Both the position numbers and the translations under genes were made by a program. 61,166 nucleotides of DNA, from NCBI GenBank assembly GCA_027346135.1, contig DAIESS010000002.1, positions 1 to 61,166 of the forward strand, written 5' to 3'. Shown piece after piece: positions 1-9,474 of the stretch. Position 1 is the first letter of the stretch, and each line of letters opens with the position of its first letter. The stretch is from Candidatus Saccharimonadota bacterium (lineage in GTDB: Bacteria; Patescibacteriota; Saccharimonadia; Saccharimonadales; UBA4665). The notes below the pieces were generated by a model, which saw nothing but the letters and a program-made list of their open reading frames with translations, did no database searches and was not told the origin of the DNA.

Positions 1-100
1 TGCGGGAACCCTGAAATCAAGAAATGGACAAGAAGTCGTTCTCACCGACGCACGCAGACTCTGGTATTGGGACGGCGCGGCCTCTCTGTCCGAACTATCG

Positions 101-709
101 GTGTCAGGCACAAAAAAACCTAAAAACTGCAAAGTTGGCCACACCGGCACGCTCGATCCGCTAGCCACCGGGCTGTTGGTGCTGTTAATTGGCAAAGACT
201 ACACCCGCCAGGCCGTCACCCTGTCCAAGCACGACAAAACTTATGAAGTAACAATGAAGCTGGGTGAAACCAGCACAACCGGTGACGAAGAGGGCGAAAA
301 AATAGCTGTATCCGACACTGTTCCGTCAGAAAAAGCTGTCCGAGAGGCTCTAGGGGGCTTACAAGGGGAAATTATGCAAGTCCCACCCCAATTTAGCGCT
401 ATGAAAGTTAACGGCGTCCGGGCCTACAAACTAGCGCGTGAGGGCAAGGCCGTCGAATTGGAAGCGCGCCCGGCCACAATTTATAGCAACGAGCTGACGG
501 GTTACGATTATCCATTCGTGAAATTTACAAGCCGAGTCGGCAGCGGCACGTACATTCGCAGCCTGGTCGAAGATCTGGGCCAAATGCTTGGCACGGGAGC
601 CTACATGTCCGATTTACGCCGTACCACCGTCGGTGATTTTGACATAGCGCAAGCCGTATTGGTGACCGAAATTCAGCCGGATTCACTGGGTAGTATACTT
701 ATACCTTAA
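101..709 (+). CDS. truB: tRNA pseudouridine(55) synthase TruB, native N-terminus missing (frame open from position 2 but carrying unrelated sequence)
   Basis: KVGHTGTLDPLATG motif II, VPPQFSAMKVNG and GSGTYIRSL motifs. Motif I (DKP..TS.DVV) is absent from the window. Confidence 0.93.
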   Translation: MSGTKKPKNCKVGHTGTLDPLATGLLVLLIGKDYTRQAVTLSKHDKTYEVTMKLGETSTTGDEEGEKIAVSDTVPSEKAVREALGGLQGEIMQVPPQFSAMKVNGVRAYKLAREGKAVELEARPATIYSNELTGYDYPFVKFTSRVGSGTYIRSLVEDLGQMLGTGAYMSDLRRTTVGDFDIAQAVLVTEIQPDSLGSILIP

Positions 710-772
710 CTTGACATGTCGGTAAGTGGGTTTATTATTGTTTACAAAATGATATAACCCAGAGGAAGAATT

Positions 773-1519
773 ATGAGTGCGAATGCAGCCGAAGTGAGTG
801 GAAACCGATGTTTAGTCGAAGAGCGGGCAGAGCTGGTTCAAGAGGTAGCAAGCTTATTGGTGCAGTCAGCGGCGGTCTTCGACTTGGCCCGGAGCTTTTC
901 GCCTCAGTCAGTCAGGCAGTTGCATGTAATTAGTCGTATGCGTAGTCCTTTTGTTCAGACGAGTGTAGGCCCTCACGGCGAAAAGATAATGTCTAGGCCC
1001 TCATTGCCTGAACAGCCAGAAGGTTATGAGTTGCCAGCCATCGTGTTGCCGGCAGCCGAATACCAAGATGTAACTAACGGTCGACTTGTGCGCAGGCGAG
1101 TCGCTTCAACCATGGAACTGCGCTACGATTATGAGAAACAGAGCGGTGTGGCAGAAGGATTGCCGCTTCCATCACCTACGCCAGATCATGTTCGATTCTC
1201 TAACCGGGCTATTTTGATGGATGGCGAGATCGAAAGGCGCAAAAATAATCAACTTACTCCTGTGCTTGGTTTTAGTGTGTTGGTAACAAACGGCGACGAG
1301 CTCGTATCGTCGGAATTTGCACCGACGGAGTCGTTTCCTTACCAAGATTATCCAGCCTCAGACAACAACTGGGAAGTTTTCTCGACTTATCCCGAAGAGG
1401 CCTTAACCGCCTCGGCGGTTGATCTGCACCGGCAAGTGGCCCGAGTATTTGCCGCCCGTTTAGCTTTGATCGAGATGGCGTTGCTCAACTCGCGGTGGTC
1501 ACCCGACGCAGCAAATTAA
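773..1519 (+). CDS. hypothetical protein
   Basis: 248-aa ORF with AGAGGA RBS and upstream TTGACA/TATTAT promoter-like elements; no recognised motif. Confidence 0.7.
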   Translation: MSANAAEVSGNRCLVEERAELVQEVASLLVQSAAVFDLARSFSPQSVRQLHVISRMRSPFVQTSVGPHGEKIMSRPSLPEQPEGYELPAIVLPAAEYQDVTNGRLVRRRVASTMELRYDYEKQSGVAEGLPLPSPTPDHVRFSNRAILMDGEIERRKNNQLTPVLGFSVLVTNGDELVSSEFAPTESFPYQDYPASDNNWEVFSTYPEEALTASAVDLHRQVARVFAARLALIEMALLNSRWSPDAAN

Positions 1520-1676
1520 TGGTGTCGATTTCCCGGATAATTTAATGCAACAATCTTTGTAGGCTTGGCCAGGTCATCAGGTATGATGGCTCGGCTTGCC
1601 TGTCCGGCGAGGCGTTGTAATAATAGCTTAACGGCTAAAATTGTAAAAACATCAGGCGCATCTTAAAATACGATTA

Positions 1677-2354
1677 ATGAGAGAAGTTAGACGCCTAGAT
1701 TTTGCCGTCGATATATCCGAACGAGCACTTGACATGGCCACTGGCCTAGAGAGTACGAATCCTTGGCTACAACAACCGCAAGCAGCGGCGATTGCTTTAT
1801 TTAGAGCAATCGAAGCGCGCAAATACGCCCATACTTGGCGAAAGGAAAACCCGATTCATGTTGGGGCGTGTGGTATAAGCTTGCCCGATCGCGATCATTT
1901 TACCGCCTATATACACGGCGCCAACTTCAAACCTGAGCAATACGGGCCGATAAACACTCATGCCGAAGAGGAGGTGTTATATGCAGCCAGAAGCGTGCTT
2001 AATGTCTTGGCCGTGGTTGGGGATGTCCAACCGGATGACAATACTGGCTTGGCGGCCGAAACGCTTTTGCCCTGTAGCGCAGTTTGTTTGCCAATGCTAA
2101 AGGCCTCACAAAGTCTAGAGTCGCATTCTTTAATTCTTAGCGCCAATCCCGATTTATCAGTCGTACAATACTACGGTGTTCCGGAACTTAATAAAGTGTA
2201 TGAAACAGGGGATGTTGGTGAACTCATAACAGTCCACCTTGAAACTTCGCTTGCGGCTGACGACGCTGAATGGAACGAGAAAATTTTTTTACCGCTGATT
2301 GACCGCATTGTTGAGCGACTGAGTGGTGTTGGTGATCTTCTCCCGGAACAATAA
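1677..2354 (+). CDS. cytidine/deoxycytidylate deaminase-fold protein (putative)
   Basis: HVGACG...GAN...HAEEE and LPCSAVC resemble the zinc-binding HAE / PCxxC deaminase signature, with one extra residue between the Cys. Confidence 0.6.
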   Translation: MREVRRLDFAVDISERALDMATGLESTNPWLQQPQAAAIALFRAIEARKYAHTWRKENPIHVGACGISLPDRDHFTAYIHGANFKPEQYGPINTHAEEEVLYAARSVLNVLAVVGDVQPDDNTGLAAETLLPCSAVCLPMLKASQSLESHSLILSANPDLSVVQYYGVPELNKVYETGDVGELITVHLETSLAADDAEWNEKIFLPLIDRIVERLSGVGDLLPEQ

Positions 2355-2399
2355 ACCGCTCTTGTTAATAATTAATAAAAAGTGTATAATATAGCTATT

Positions 2400-2708
2400 A
2401 TGTCAGAGCAATTCCCGGAACTAGCAAACGATAAAGAGCCCGATTTGTTGGACCCTAGCGTAGCGGCCGAGGAAGTGCGCCGGCTGGAGGCCGAAAAAGA
2501 CCTGCTACTAAGTGTTTTAGGCGAAGAACGCGCTATGGCCGATCCACGTCTCCAGTTCTTAGCCGGTAAGTTGGCGGTTATGCGTGAGATAGCCCTGACT
2601 CACCAAGACCGTCAGCTGGAGATTGAACTAGCGAATGAACGTCTTCTCAACGAGCTGGACGCTCTCTTTGGCGAACAGGGCGAGTTACCGGGTGATACTC
2701 TTCAATAA
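2400..2708 (+). CDS. hypothetical acidic, helical protein
   Basis: ATG at 2400 lies 9 nt after TATAAT (2385-2390); the ORF track starts at GTG 2382. Confidence 0.6.
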   Translation: MSEQFPELANDKEPDLLDPSVAAEEVRRLEAEKDLLLSVLGEERAMADPRLQFLAGKLAVMREIALTHQDRQLEIELANERLLNELDALFGEQGELPGDTLQ

Positions 2709-2777
2709 GCTTGACAATTATCAAACAAACTGCTACTATACTTGAGTATCCAGTTCAAATAAAAAAGGAAACAAAAA

Positions 2778-3005
2778 ATGCCAAACGTAAAATTACATGA
2801 AAATCTCGAGCTGCCGGTCGTTACTGACGAAGCCAAAGCCGATGAAATTCTTAAAAACCTAAGCGATCAGAGCCGGGCTACTTTGCAGGCACCGAATATC
2901 GGTGCTGCCCTAGTTGACGGTATGGTTGCGAGCGGTGAAGAAGTCCAGCAGTTGCGTGACGACGGCCAAGGTATGGTTGTCGGTAGTTACGACAAAAGCC
3001 ACTAG
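2778..3005 (+). CDS. hypothetical protein
   Basis: 75-aa ORF with AAGGA RBS and TTGACA..TATACT promoter upstream. Confidence 0.6.
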   Translation: MPNVKLHENLELPVVTDEAKADEILKNLSDQSRATLQAPNIGAALVDGMVASGEEVQQLRDDGQGMVVGSYDKSH

Positions 3006-3168
3006 TATAACTTCACCTGGATTGGCTGAGACCGGTACTACTCTTGGTAGTATCGGTCCTTGGCTTTGGCGACCGTTTTTTATAATTCGCTACGACCCCC
3101 ATGGCCAAAGAGGGCAGGGTCGGCCAGAGGGTTGCACCATCGGTCGTCATCTGGTACAATGTTTGCAC

Positions 3169-3435
3169 ATGATTACAACTGAGAAAAAACAAGCCGCTAT
3201 TAAAAGCGCGCAAGTACATGCCAAAGACACCGGTGGCGCTAGCGTCCAGGTGGCTGTGGCTACCGAGCGAATCAAGGAGTTGACCGAGCACTTGAAGTCC
3301 AACAAAAAAGACTTTGCTGCTCGCCGTGGTCTACTGCAACTCGTCGGCCGTCGCCGACGCCTGCTCAAGTACATTGCCGAGCGTGACTCGCAAGGTTACT
3401 TGGACCTGATCGCTAAACTCGGTATCCGCCGCTAA
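3169..3435 (+). CDS. rpsO: 30S ribosomal protein S15
   Basis: DTGGASVQVA...LTEHLKSNKKDFAARRGLLQLVGRRRRLLKY. Start reassigned to ATG 3169 (88 aa); lies upstream of pnp. Confidence 0.97.
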   Translation: MITTEKKQAAIKSAQVHAKDTGGASVQVAVATERIKELTEHLKSNKKDFAARRGLLQLVGRRRRLLKYIAERDSQGYLDLIAKLGIRR

Positions 3436-3499
3436 GGTGCATAGATTACTCCGGCCGTCGACTGACAGCCGGACAAACTTGTGCACATTAAATACTTTG

Positions 3500-3593
3500 T
3501 GAGTACTTGCCGCGTAGGCAGAGACCAGATATACCCCCAGTCAAGCAGCACAAGTGGGGTGCTATATTTGCACTCTGCCTAAGCCGATACTCA
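3500..3593 (+). promoter_or_regulatory. long stem-loop in the pnp leader (probable RNase III processing/autoregulation site)
   Basis: Nested pairings TGAGTA/TACTCA, TAGGCAGAG/CTCTGCCTA, CAGATATA/TATATTTG and CCCC/GGGG between rpsO and pnp. Confidence 0.6.
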
Positions 3594-3614
3594 TTACAGG
3601 AAAGGAATAACCTT

Positions 3615-5762
3615 TTGAGTAAAACTATAAATCCTTATGGCCGAGACCTTATAACCGTCGAAACCGAATTTTGTGGCCGAAAATTGTCGCTAGAAGTTAA
3701 CCGCGTTGGTTTTCGTACATCCGCCAGTGTGTTAGTCCGTTATGGTGACACCGTCGTACTTGGTACGGCCATGGTGAGCCCAAATGTTGTCCAGGGGATG
3801 GACTACTTCCCCTTAAGCATCGACTACGAAGAAAAATTTTATGCAGCTGGTAAGATTTCGGGCAGCCGCTTTATTAAGCGGGAAGGTCGCCCAAGTGATG
3901 ACGCTATCCTAATCGGTCGTTTGATCGATCGCCCAATTCGTCCGCTGTGGCCTAAGGGCTACCGCCATGAAGTGCAGGGTGTCGCCACGGTTTTGAGTAT
4001 GGACCCGGCCTTTCGCCCTGACATGGTGGCTATGATTGCCATGAGTACTGCTTTTATGTTGACCGGCGCTCCGTTTGACGGTCCGGTGGCTGGCGTTCGT
4101 GTCGGCATGAACGACAAGGGTGAATACCAGGTGTTTATGACGCCTGAAGAGTTGAATGAGGGCAAGCTTGACCTCGTTGTGGCCGGTACCAAAGACGCCA
4201 TCATGATGGTTGAGGCCGGCGCTCGCGAGGCAAGCGAGGAAGATATCGTTGGTGCGTTGGAATTTGCTCAGACGGCTATTAAGCCGGCTGTTGAGTTGCA
4301 GCAACAACTTGTCAAAAAAGTTGGCGTAACTCCTCAGGAGTATGAACTACTTAAGCCCGAGCCGGCTATCCAGGAAAAGGTTGATGCTTGGCTCGAGGGC
4401 AAGCTTGGGGCTGCTTTGCGGGCACCATACCCAGAGCGTAACGCCTTAGTTCGCACTTTGCACGATCAAATGCACGATGAGTTTGTGGCTGAGATTGGCG
4501 AGGACGACTACAAAGACGTCCGCAACCACTACGCCGAAGCTTTCGAGCTAGCCATTCACAAGGACGTCCGCAAGGGCATTGTCGAAGAAAATATTCGCCC
4601 TGACGGCCGCAAACTCGACGAAATCCGCCCTCTAAGCAGTGAAGTCGGTTTCTTGCCACGAGCGCACGGTTCGAGCCTGTTTACCCGTGGTGTCACTCAA
4701 GGTATGAACATTGTTACCCTGGCGCCGCTTAGCTACGCTCAGCTGGTCGACACTATGGAAGTCCGCGACGGCGAACGCCGCTACATGCACCACTACAACG
4801 CGCCGGGCTACACCGTTGGTGAAGTTCGTCGCTTGGGTTCGCCGGGTCGCCGCGAAATCGGCCACGGTTACTTGGCCGAGCGAGCTTTGCTGCCGGTTTT
4901 GCCGAGTGAAGCCGACTTCCCGTACGCTATTCGTTCCGTAACCGAAATTATGAGTCAGAACGGCTCAACTAGCATGGCGGCAACTTGCTCTAGCTGTTTA
5001 GCGCTGATGGACGCCGGTGTGCCGCTCAAAGCCCCGGTTAGTGGTATTGCTATGGGCTTGATGGTTGACGGCGATAAAACTTACGTCTTGAGCGACATTG
5101 CTGATGCTGAAGACTTTGCTGGCGACATGGACTTCAAGGTTACTGGTACCAGCCAGGGCATTACGGCCTTACAGATGGATATGAAAGTGCACGGTTTGCC
5201 GGTCGCAACCCTTAAGCAGGCGCTTGAGCAGGCCAAGGGCGGTCGAGCCTTCATTTTGGAGCACATGTTAACGACTTTGGCCGAACCGCGCAAAGAGCTT
5301 AGCCCATATGCACCGCACGTTGAAGCTATCCAGATCAACCCCGACAAGATTCGGGAAATCATCGGTAAGGGTGGGGAAACCATCCAGAAGATTACGGCCG
5401 AGACTGGCACCGAAATCGACATTAAAGACGATGGTACGGTTATGATTGCAAGCCCCGACAAGGCCAAGATTGAAGCTGCCAAGCAGTGGATTGCTGACAT
5501 CGTTGAGGAGCCGGAAGTCGGTAAAATTTACCGTGACAAACCGGTTGTTAGCGTCATGGACTTCGGTGCTTTCGTTCAGATCATGCCCGGTAAGGATGGC
5601 CTGGTTCACGTTTCAGAAATGAAGGACGAGCGCGTTAACAAGCCGAGTGATGTCGTTAAAGAAGGCGACAAAGTTACCGTTAAATTACTGGCAATCGACG
5701 AACGCGGCCGCTTGCAACTTTCGATGAAAGCCGCCGCCAAAGAGTTAAACGAGAAGAGTTAA
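3615..5762 (+). CDS. pnp: polyribonucleotide nucleotidyltransferase (PNPase)
   Basis: [20 protein letters not shown]-like [17 protein letters not shown] and S1 domains. TTG start at 3615 follows an AGGAAAGGA RBS. Confidence 0.97.
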   Translation: MSKTINPYGRDLITVETEFCGRKLSLEVNRVGFRTSASVLVRYGDTVVLGTAMVSPNVVQGMDYFPLSIDYEEKFYAAGKISGSRFIKREGRPSDDAILIGRLIDRPIRPLWPKGYRHEVQGVATVLSMDPAFRPDMVAMIAMSTAFMLTGAPFDGPVAGVRVGMNDKGEYQVFMTPEELNEGKLDLVVAGTKDAIMMVEAGAREASEEDIVGALEFAQTAIKPAVELQQQLVKKVGVTPQEYELLKPEPAIQEKVDAWLEGKLGAALRAPYPERNALVRTLHDQMHDEFVAEIGEDDYKDVRNHYAEAFELAIHKDVRKGIVEENIRPDGRKLDEIRPLSSEVGFLPRAHGSSLFTRGVTQGMNIVTLAPLSYAQLVDTMEVRDGERRYMHHYNAPGYTVGEVRRLGSPGRREIGHGYLAERALLPVLPSEADFPYAIRSVTEIMSQNGSTSMAATCSSCLALMDAGVPLKAPVSGIAMGLMVDGDKTYVLSDIADAEDFAGDMDFKVTGTSQGITALQMDMKVHGLPVATLKQALEQAKGGRAFILEHMLTTLAEPRKELSPYAPHVEAIQINPDKIREIIGKGGETIQKITAETGTEIDIKDDGTVMIASPDKAKIEAAKQWIADIVEEPEVGKIYRDKPVVSVMDFGAFVQIMPGKDGLVHVSEMKDERVNKPSDVVKEGDKVTVKLLAIDERGRLQLSMKAAAKELNEKS

Positions 5763-5776
5763 ACGCCAAAAATAAT

Positions 5777-5989
5777 ATGCAGCTGCTCAATCGCTTCCAC
5801 AAAACAATAACCGGATTGATTTTGTTTGGAGTGATTGAGCTGGCGCTGGCTTATGGCGCGGCCAGTTGGGCGATCGACAGTGGCAATTTGCTGCTTTATG
5901 TTGCCACCATCGTCTTGGTCTTCGGCGGTTTGCGCAATTTTGCTAAATTAATGAGTAACGTTATCCATGGCAAGCGACAAACAAACTAA
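5777..5989 (+). CDS. small membrane protein (2 TM)
   Basis: Two hydrophobic stretches; packed between pnp and udg. Confidence 0.6.
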   Translation: MQLLNRFHKTITGLILFGVIELALAYGAASWAIDSGNLLLYVATIVLVFGGLRNFAKLMSNVIHGKRQTN

Positions 5990-6533
5990 CCTTGAAGAGC
6001 TTCATCAAAAGATTTTGCAGTCGAACATCTGTCCAGAGTTAGCTGCTACCGCCACCCAGCTGGTGTTTGGTGAGGGTAATCCGAACGCTGACATCGTTTT
6101 CATCGGCGAGGCGCCGGGCAAGCAAGAGGATTTGCAGGGCAAACCGTTCGTAGGCGCATCGGGTAAGTTCCTGAACGAGATGTTGGAAATGATTGGCTTA
6201 CAACGGCAGGACATTTACATTACCAACATCGTCAAATATCGTCCACCGAACAACCGCGACCCATTACCGGAAGAAAAACGAGCTTTTTTGCCATTTTTAC
6301 AGGAGCAACTTAACATCATTAAACCAAAATTGATTGTCACCCTAGGCAGGCACAGCATGGATGTGTTGCTGCCCGGGCTGAAAATCAGCCAAGTGCACGG
6401 CCAGGCCAAACGGTATCACGACCAAGTCTTTCTACCGTTATTTCATCCGGCCGCCGCGCTATATAACGGCGGGCTCAGGCAGACCCTAATTGATGATTTT
6501 GCCAGCATCCCCGCCATTCTCAAGAAAATCTAA
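5967..6533 (+). CDS. uracil-DNA glycosylase, family 4
   Basis: VFGEG, IGEAPG, PFVGASG, RPPNNR and FHPAA motifs. Confidence 0.93.
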   Translation: MASDKQTNLEELHQKILQSNICPELAATATQLVFGEGNPNADIVFIGEAPGKQEDLQGKPFVGASGKFLNEMLEMIGLQRQDIYITNIVKYRPPNNRDPLPEEKRAFLPFLQEQLNIIKPKLIVTLGRHSMDVLLPGLKISQVHGQAKRYHDQVFLPLFHPAAALYNGGLRQTLIDDFASIPAILKKI

Positions 6534-6562
6534 ATTATTTCTACAAGAAAGGAAATAAAACT

Positions 6563-8626
6563 ATGCAACCAAATAACAATAATCAAAATAAACCCCCAAG
6601 ACGTAGCGGCAACCGACCGGATAACGGCGGTAACCGCCGCTCGCAAAATGGTGGTAATAATCAAAGTGGCGAGCGCCGCAACGGCGTGTCGCGTGGCCAG
6701 GCTGTACGTGCTCTTAAACGTACCCAAATGGACGCTCAACGCATTGCCAATCAGTATCAAGCCGCTTCACCGGTCAAGCAGCCTCGTCGCGCCAATGTAA
6801 TCGACGATAGCCCACGCCTGAAAATTATTGGCCTGGGTGGTATGGACGGCGGTGGCTCCAAAAACATGATGCTCGTCGAGTACATGGACGACGCCGTTAT
6901 TCTCGACTGCGGTAACGACCTTGGTGTTGACTTGCCAGGTATCAACTACGGCATCGCCGACACGGCTTACCTCGACACGATTCGCCACAAAATTCGTGCC
7001 TACATCATTACGCACGGTCACCTTGACCACATCGGTGGTTTGCCGCACATTGTGCCGAAATTTCCGGCCCCAATTTACGGTAGTAAATTTACCATCGGCC
7101 GGGTAGAGGAAATCTTCGAGAACTTCGGCTTACCAATGCCGGAAGGCTTTGAACTGCGTACTGTTACCATGAACGAGAACACGCACGAACGACTGAAAGT
7201 TGGTGTTTTCTACGTTGAACTTGTGCGCGTAACGCACTCGATTCCTGGTAGTACCGTGATTGTGCTCGATACGCCGGTTGGACGTGTTATTAATACCGGT
7301 GACTTCCGCCTTGACCCGAACCCGCTCGACCACGAGCGTACCGATGTCGAACGTTTGAAAGAGCTCGGCGACGAGGGTGTTTTGGCGCTAATGTCCGAAT
7401 CGACCACGGTCGAACGCATGGGCCGCACGCCATCAGAAAGCACTATCGAGCAAAGTTTCATCGACATCATCAACCAAGCACCGGGCCGTATATTTGTCGG
7501 TCTTTTCAGCACTAACATGAACCGTGTCCAGATGATCGTTAACGCTGCCGTTCACCATGGCCGTAAAGTTGCTATGGATGGCCGCAGCATGGTTTCGACT
7601 CTTGAAATGGCCGTCCGTCACGGCTTTGTCCGCGTACCGAAGGGCACCTTCGTACCAATCGCTTCAGTTGCCAGCATGAAAGACACCGACGTCGTCGTTG
7701 TTTGTACTGGTAGCCAGGGTGAGCCAAGTTCGGCCTTGCAGCGCATGGCCAACGGCGAACACCGCCACGTCAAGATGAAAGAGCAAGACACCGTCATTTT
7801 GTCGAGTACACCTATCCCGGAGAGTGGTAACGATGCCCTCATCGGTACGATGGTCGACAACTTGGTTAAAAAAGGTGTGCACGTTTTCGAACACCGCAAC
7901 CACGAACTGGACGGCGTTGGTCCGCTGCACGTTTCTGGTCACGCCTCACGCGATGAATATGCCGACATGATCAACTTCTTGAAGCCCAAATTCTTCATTC
8001 CGATCTACGGCGCCTTCCGCGTTAAGCAGCGCCACGTTGAGCTAGCCATCGAGCAGGGCATTCCACGTGCCAACACGGCTAATGTTGGTAACGGGGAAGT
8101 TATTGCCCTCACGCCCGACAAAATTGAAGTCGTCGGTGAAGTGCCAAGCGGAACTATCTTGGTTGACCAAACCGGCGCACTCGTTAGCAACGTTGTTGTC
8201 AAAGACCGTGTCCTCCTGAGCGAAGAAGGCTTGGTGGCAGTCGTCTTAACAGTCGACAAAAAGAGCGGCAATTTGCTAACCAGCCCCGATATCATCAGCC
8301 GAGGCTTCATCTACATGCGTGATAACGAAGAAATTATGAACGGTTTGCGTGTCGAATTGCGCCGCGCCGTCCAGCAGCGTTTCAAGCGGGTTGACCTCGA
8401 CCGCTTCAAGGCCGAACTCAAAGACCACATTACGCATTACTTGTTCGAGCAAACTCAGCGTAGCCCAATCGTCATTCCAGTCGTTAATGTCGTTGGCGCC
8501 AAAGGTGAGGTCAAAACGGCCGTTAATGGCCGCACCAAGAGCAGCGAAGAGGTTGCCGCCGAGCAACAAAAGCGCTTCCAACAGATGCGCGCTCGCTTGC
8601 TGACTCAAGACCCTCGTGTTGACTAG
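6563..8626 (+). CDS. rnj: ribonuclease J
   Basis: THGHLDHIGG metallo-beta-lactamase motif, TGDF, TGSQGEP, HVSGHAS, C-terminal PDIISRGF; long N/R/G-rich N-terminal extension. Confidence 0.95.
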   Translation: MQPNNNNQNKPPRRSGNRPDNGGNRRSQNGGNNQSGERRNGVSRGQAVRALKRTQMDAQRIANQYQAASPVKQPRRANVIDDSPRLKIIGLGGMDGGGSKNMMLVEYMDDAVILDCGNDLGVDLPGINYGIADTAYLDTIRHKIRAYIITHGHLDHIGGLPHIVPKFPAPIYGSKFTIGRVEEIFENFGLPMPEGFELRTVTMNENTHERLKVGVFYVELVRVTHSIPGSTVIVLDTPVGRVINTGDFRLDPNPLDHERTDVERLKELGDEGVLALMSESTTVERMGRTPSESTIEQSFIDIINQAPGRIFVGLFSTNMNRVQMIVNAAVHHGRKVAMDGRSMVSTLEMAVRHGFVRVPKGTFVPIASVASMKDTDVVVVCTGSQGEPSSALQRMANGEHRHVKMKEQDTVILSSTPIPESGNDALIGTMVDNLVKKGVHVFEHRNHELDGVGPLHVSGHASRDEYADMINFLKPKFFIPIYGAFRVKQRHVELAIEQGIPRANTANVGNGEVIALTPDKIEVVGEVPSGTILVDQTGALVSNVVVKDRVLLSEEGLVAVVLTVDKKSGNLLTSPDIISRGFIYMRDNEEIMNGLRVELRRAVQQRFKRVDLDRFKAELKDHITHYLFEQTQRSPIVIPVVNVVGAKGEVKTAVNGRTKSSEEVAAEQQKRFQQMRARLLTQDPRVD

Positions 8627-8692
8627 TTCTTGACCCCTTGCGGCAGCATAAGCGGATTGACATATCATGACAAAATTGTTATGATATGACTT

Positions 8693-9016
8693 ATGAGTAA
8701 TCATGAACAAAACCAAAATCCAGATGAAAATGACAATCCCTATGTCGAAAATTTTTGGGAGCCGGCCGACGATCGCCAGCAATATCCGCGAACGCGTGAA
8801 GATGCCGAAATTGGCATAACCGAACAATTCAAAGATGAGCTAGCCAGCGAGCCTAACGTCGTGGGTCGTGCCCGTCATGAGCCCACATCTGATAAGCCGC
8901 TTGAGGATATAAGTGCTTTGCCCGAAATCTCCCAGGAGCCGGAGGTTACGAAGCAATCTCTGGCAGCAAAAATAGCCGGTTTGCTAGGCAAGCTTAGGCG
9001 ACACGATGGCGAATAG
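8693..9016 (+). CDS. hypothetical acidic protein
   Basis: TTGACA(8657)-17-TATGAT(8680) promoter ending 7 nt before the ATG. Confidence 0.65.
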   Translation: MSNHEQNQNPDENDNPYVENFWEPADDRQQYPRTREDAEIGITEQFKDELASEPNVVGRARHEPTSDKPLEDISALPEISQEPEVTKQSLAAKIAGLLGKLRRHDGE

Positions 9017-9115
9017 TGCTTGCCACGGTGTCTTAGAGAAAAATTAGTCGTGTTGGCTCGATAAACAGAGCGACTAATTGACAAATGATGTAATTTTTGC
9101 TATAATACCGTCATT

Positions 9116-9436
9116 ATGACAGAACGACCACCTGAACATCCTGACGATTTCCAAGACTACGACGATAGACGAGATCCTTGGGCAGTGAAGGATGTATTGG
9201 CGGAGATCCGAGAGGCTTTAAGCGCCAGTTGGATTGAAGAGGGCCAAGTGGCTGAAGAAGAGGCTAAGGAAAATCCTATAGCAACCGACGACCCGGAATT
9301 GGCGGCAGCCCTGCAGCGGCTAAGAGCTTTGCTCGATCCGCTGACTCGGCCTGCCAGTGTTAGCGATGAAGAACTTAAATCGGCTGAAGATGAAGTACAC
9401 CGTCTGCAGGCCAAAAACAAAGACCCGGAACAGTAG
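9116..9436 (+). CDS. hypothetical acidic protein
   Basis: Consensus TTGACA(9078)-17-TATAAT(9101) promoter ending 9 nt before the ATG. Confidence 0.65.
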   Translation: MTERPPEHPDDFQDYDDRRDPWAVKDVLAEIREALSASWIEEGQVAEEEAKENPIATDDPELAAALQRLRALLDPLTRPASVSDEELKSAEDEVHRLQAKNKDPEQ

Positions 9437-9474
9437 ACGCACCAAGGTTAAAAACGTATAATATAAAAACTGTT

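Noticed and set aside
2914..3168. Long N-terminal extensions of rpsO, pnp, ndk, pilX and the 22725 ORF in the ORF track
   Set aside because: Homology and promoter/RBS positions point to downstream starts at 3169, 3615, 37406, 35289 and 22797.
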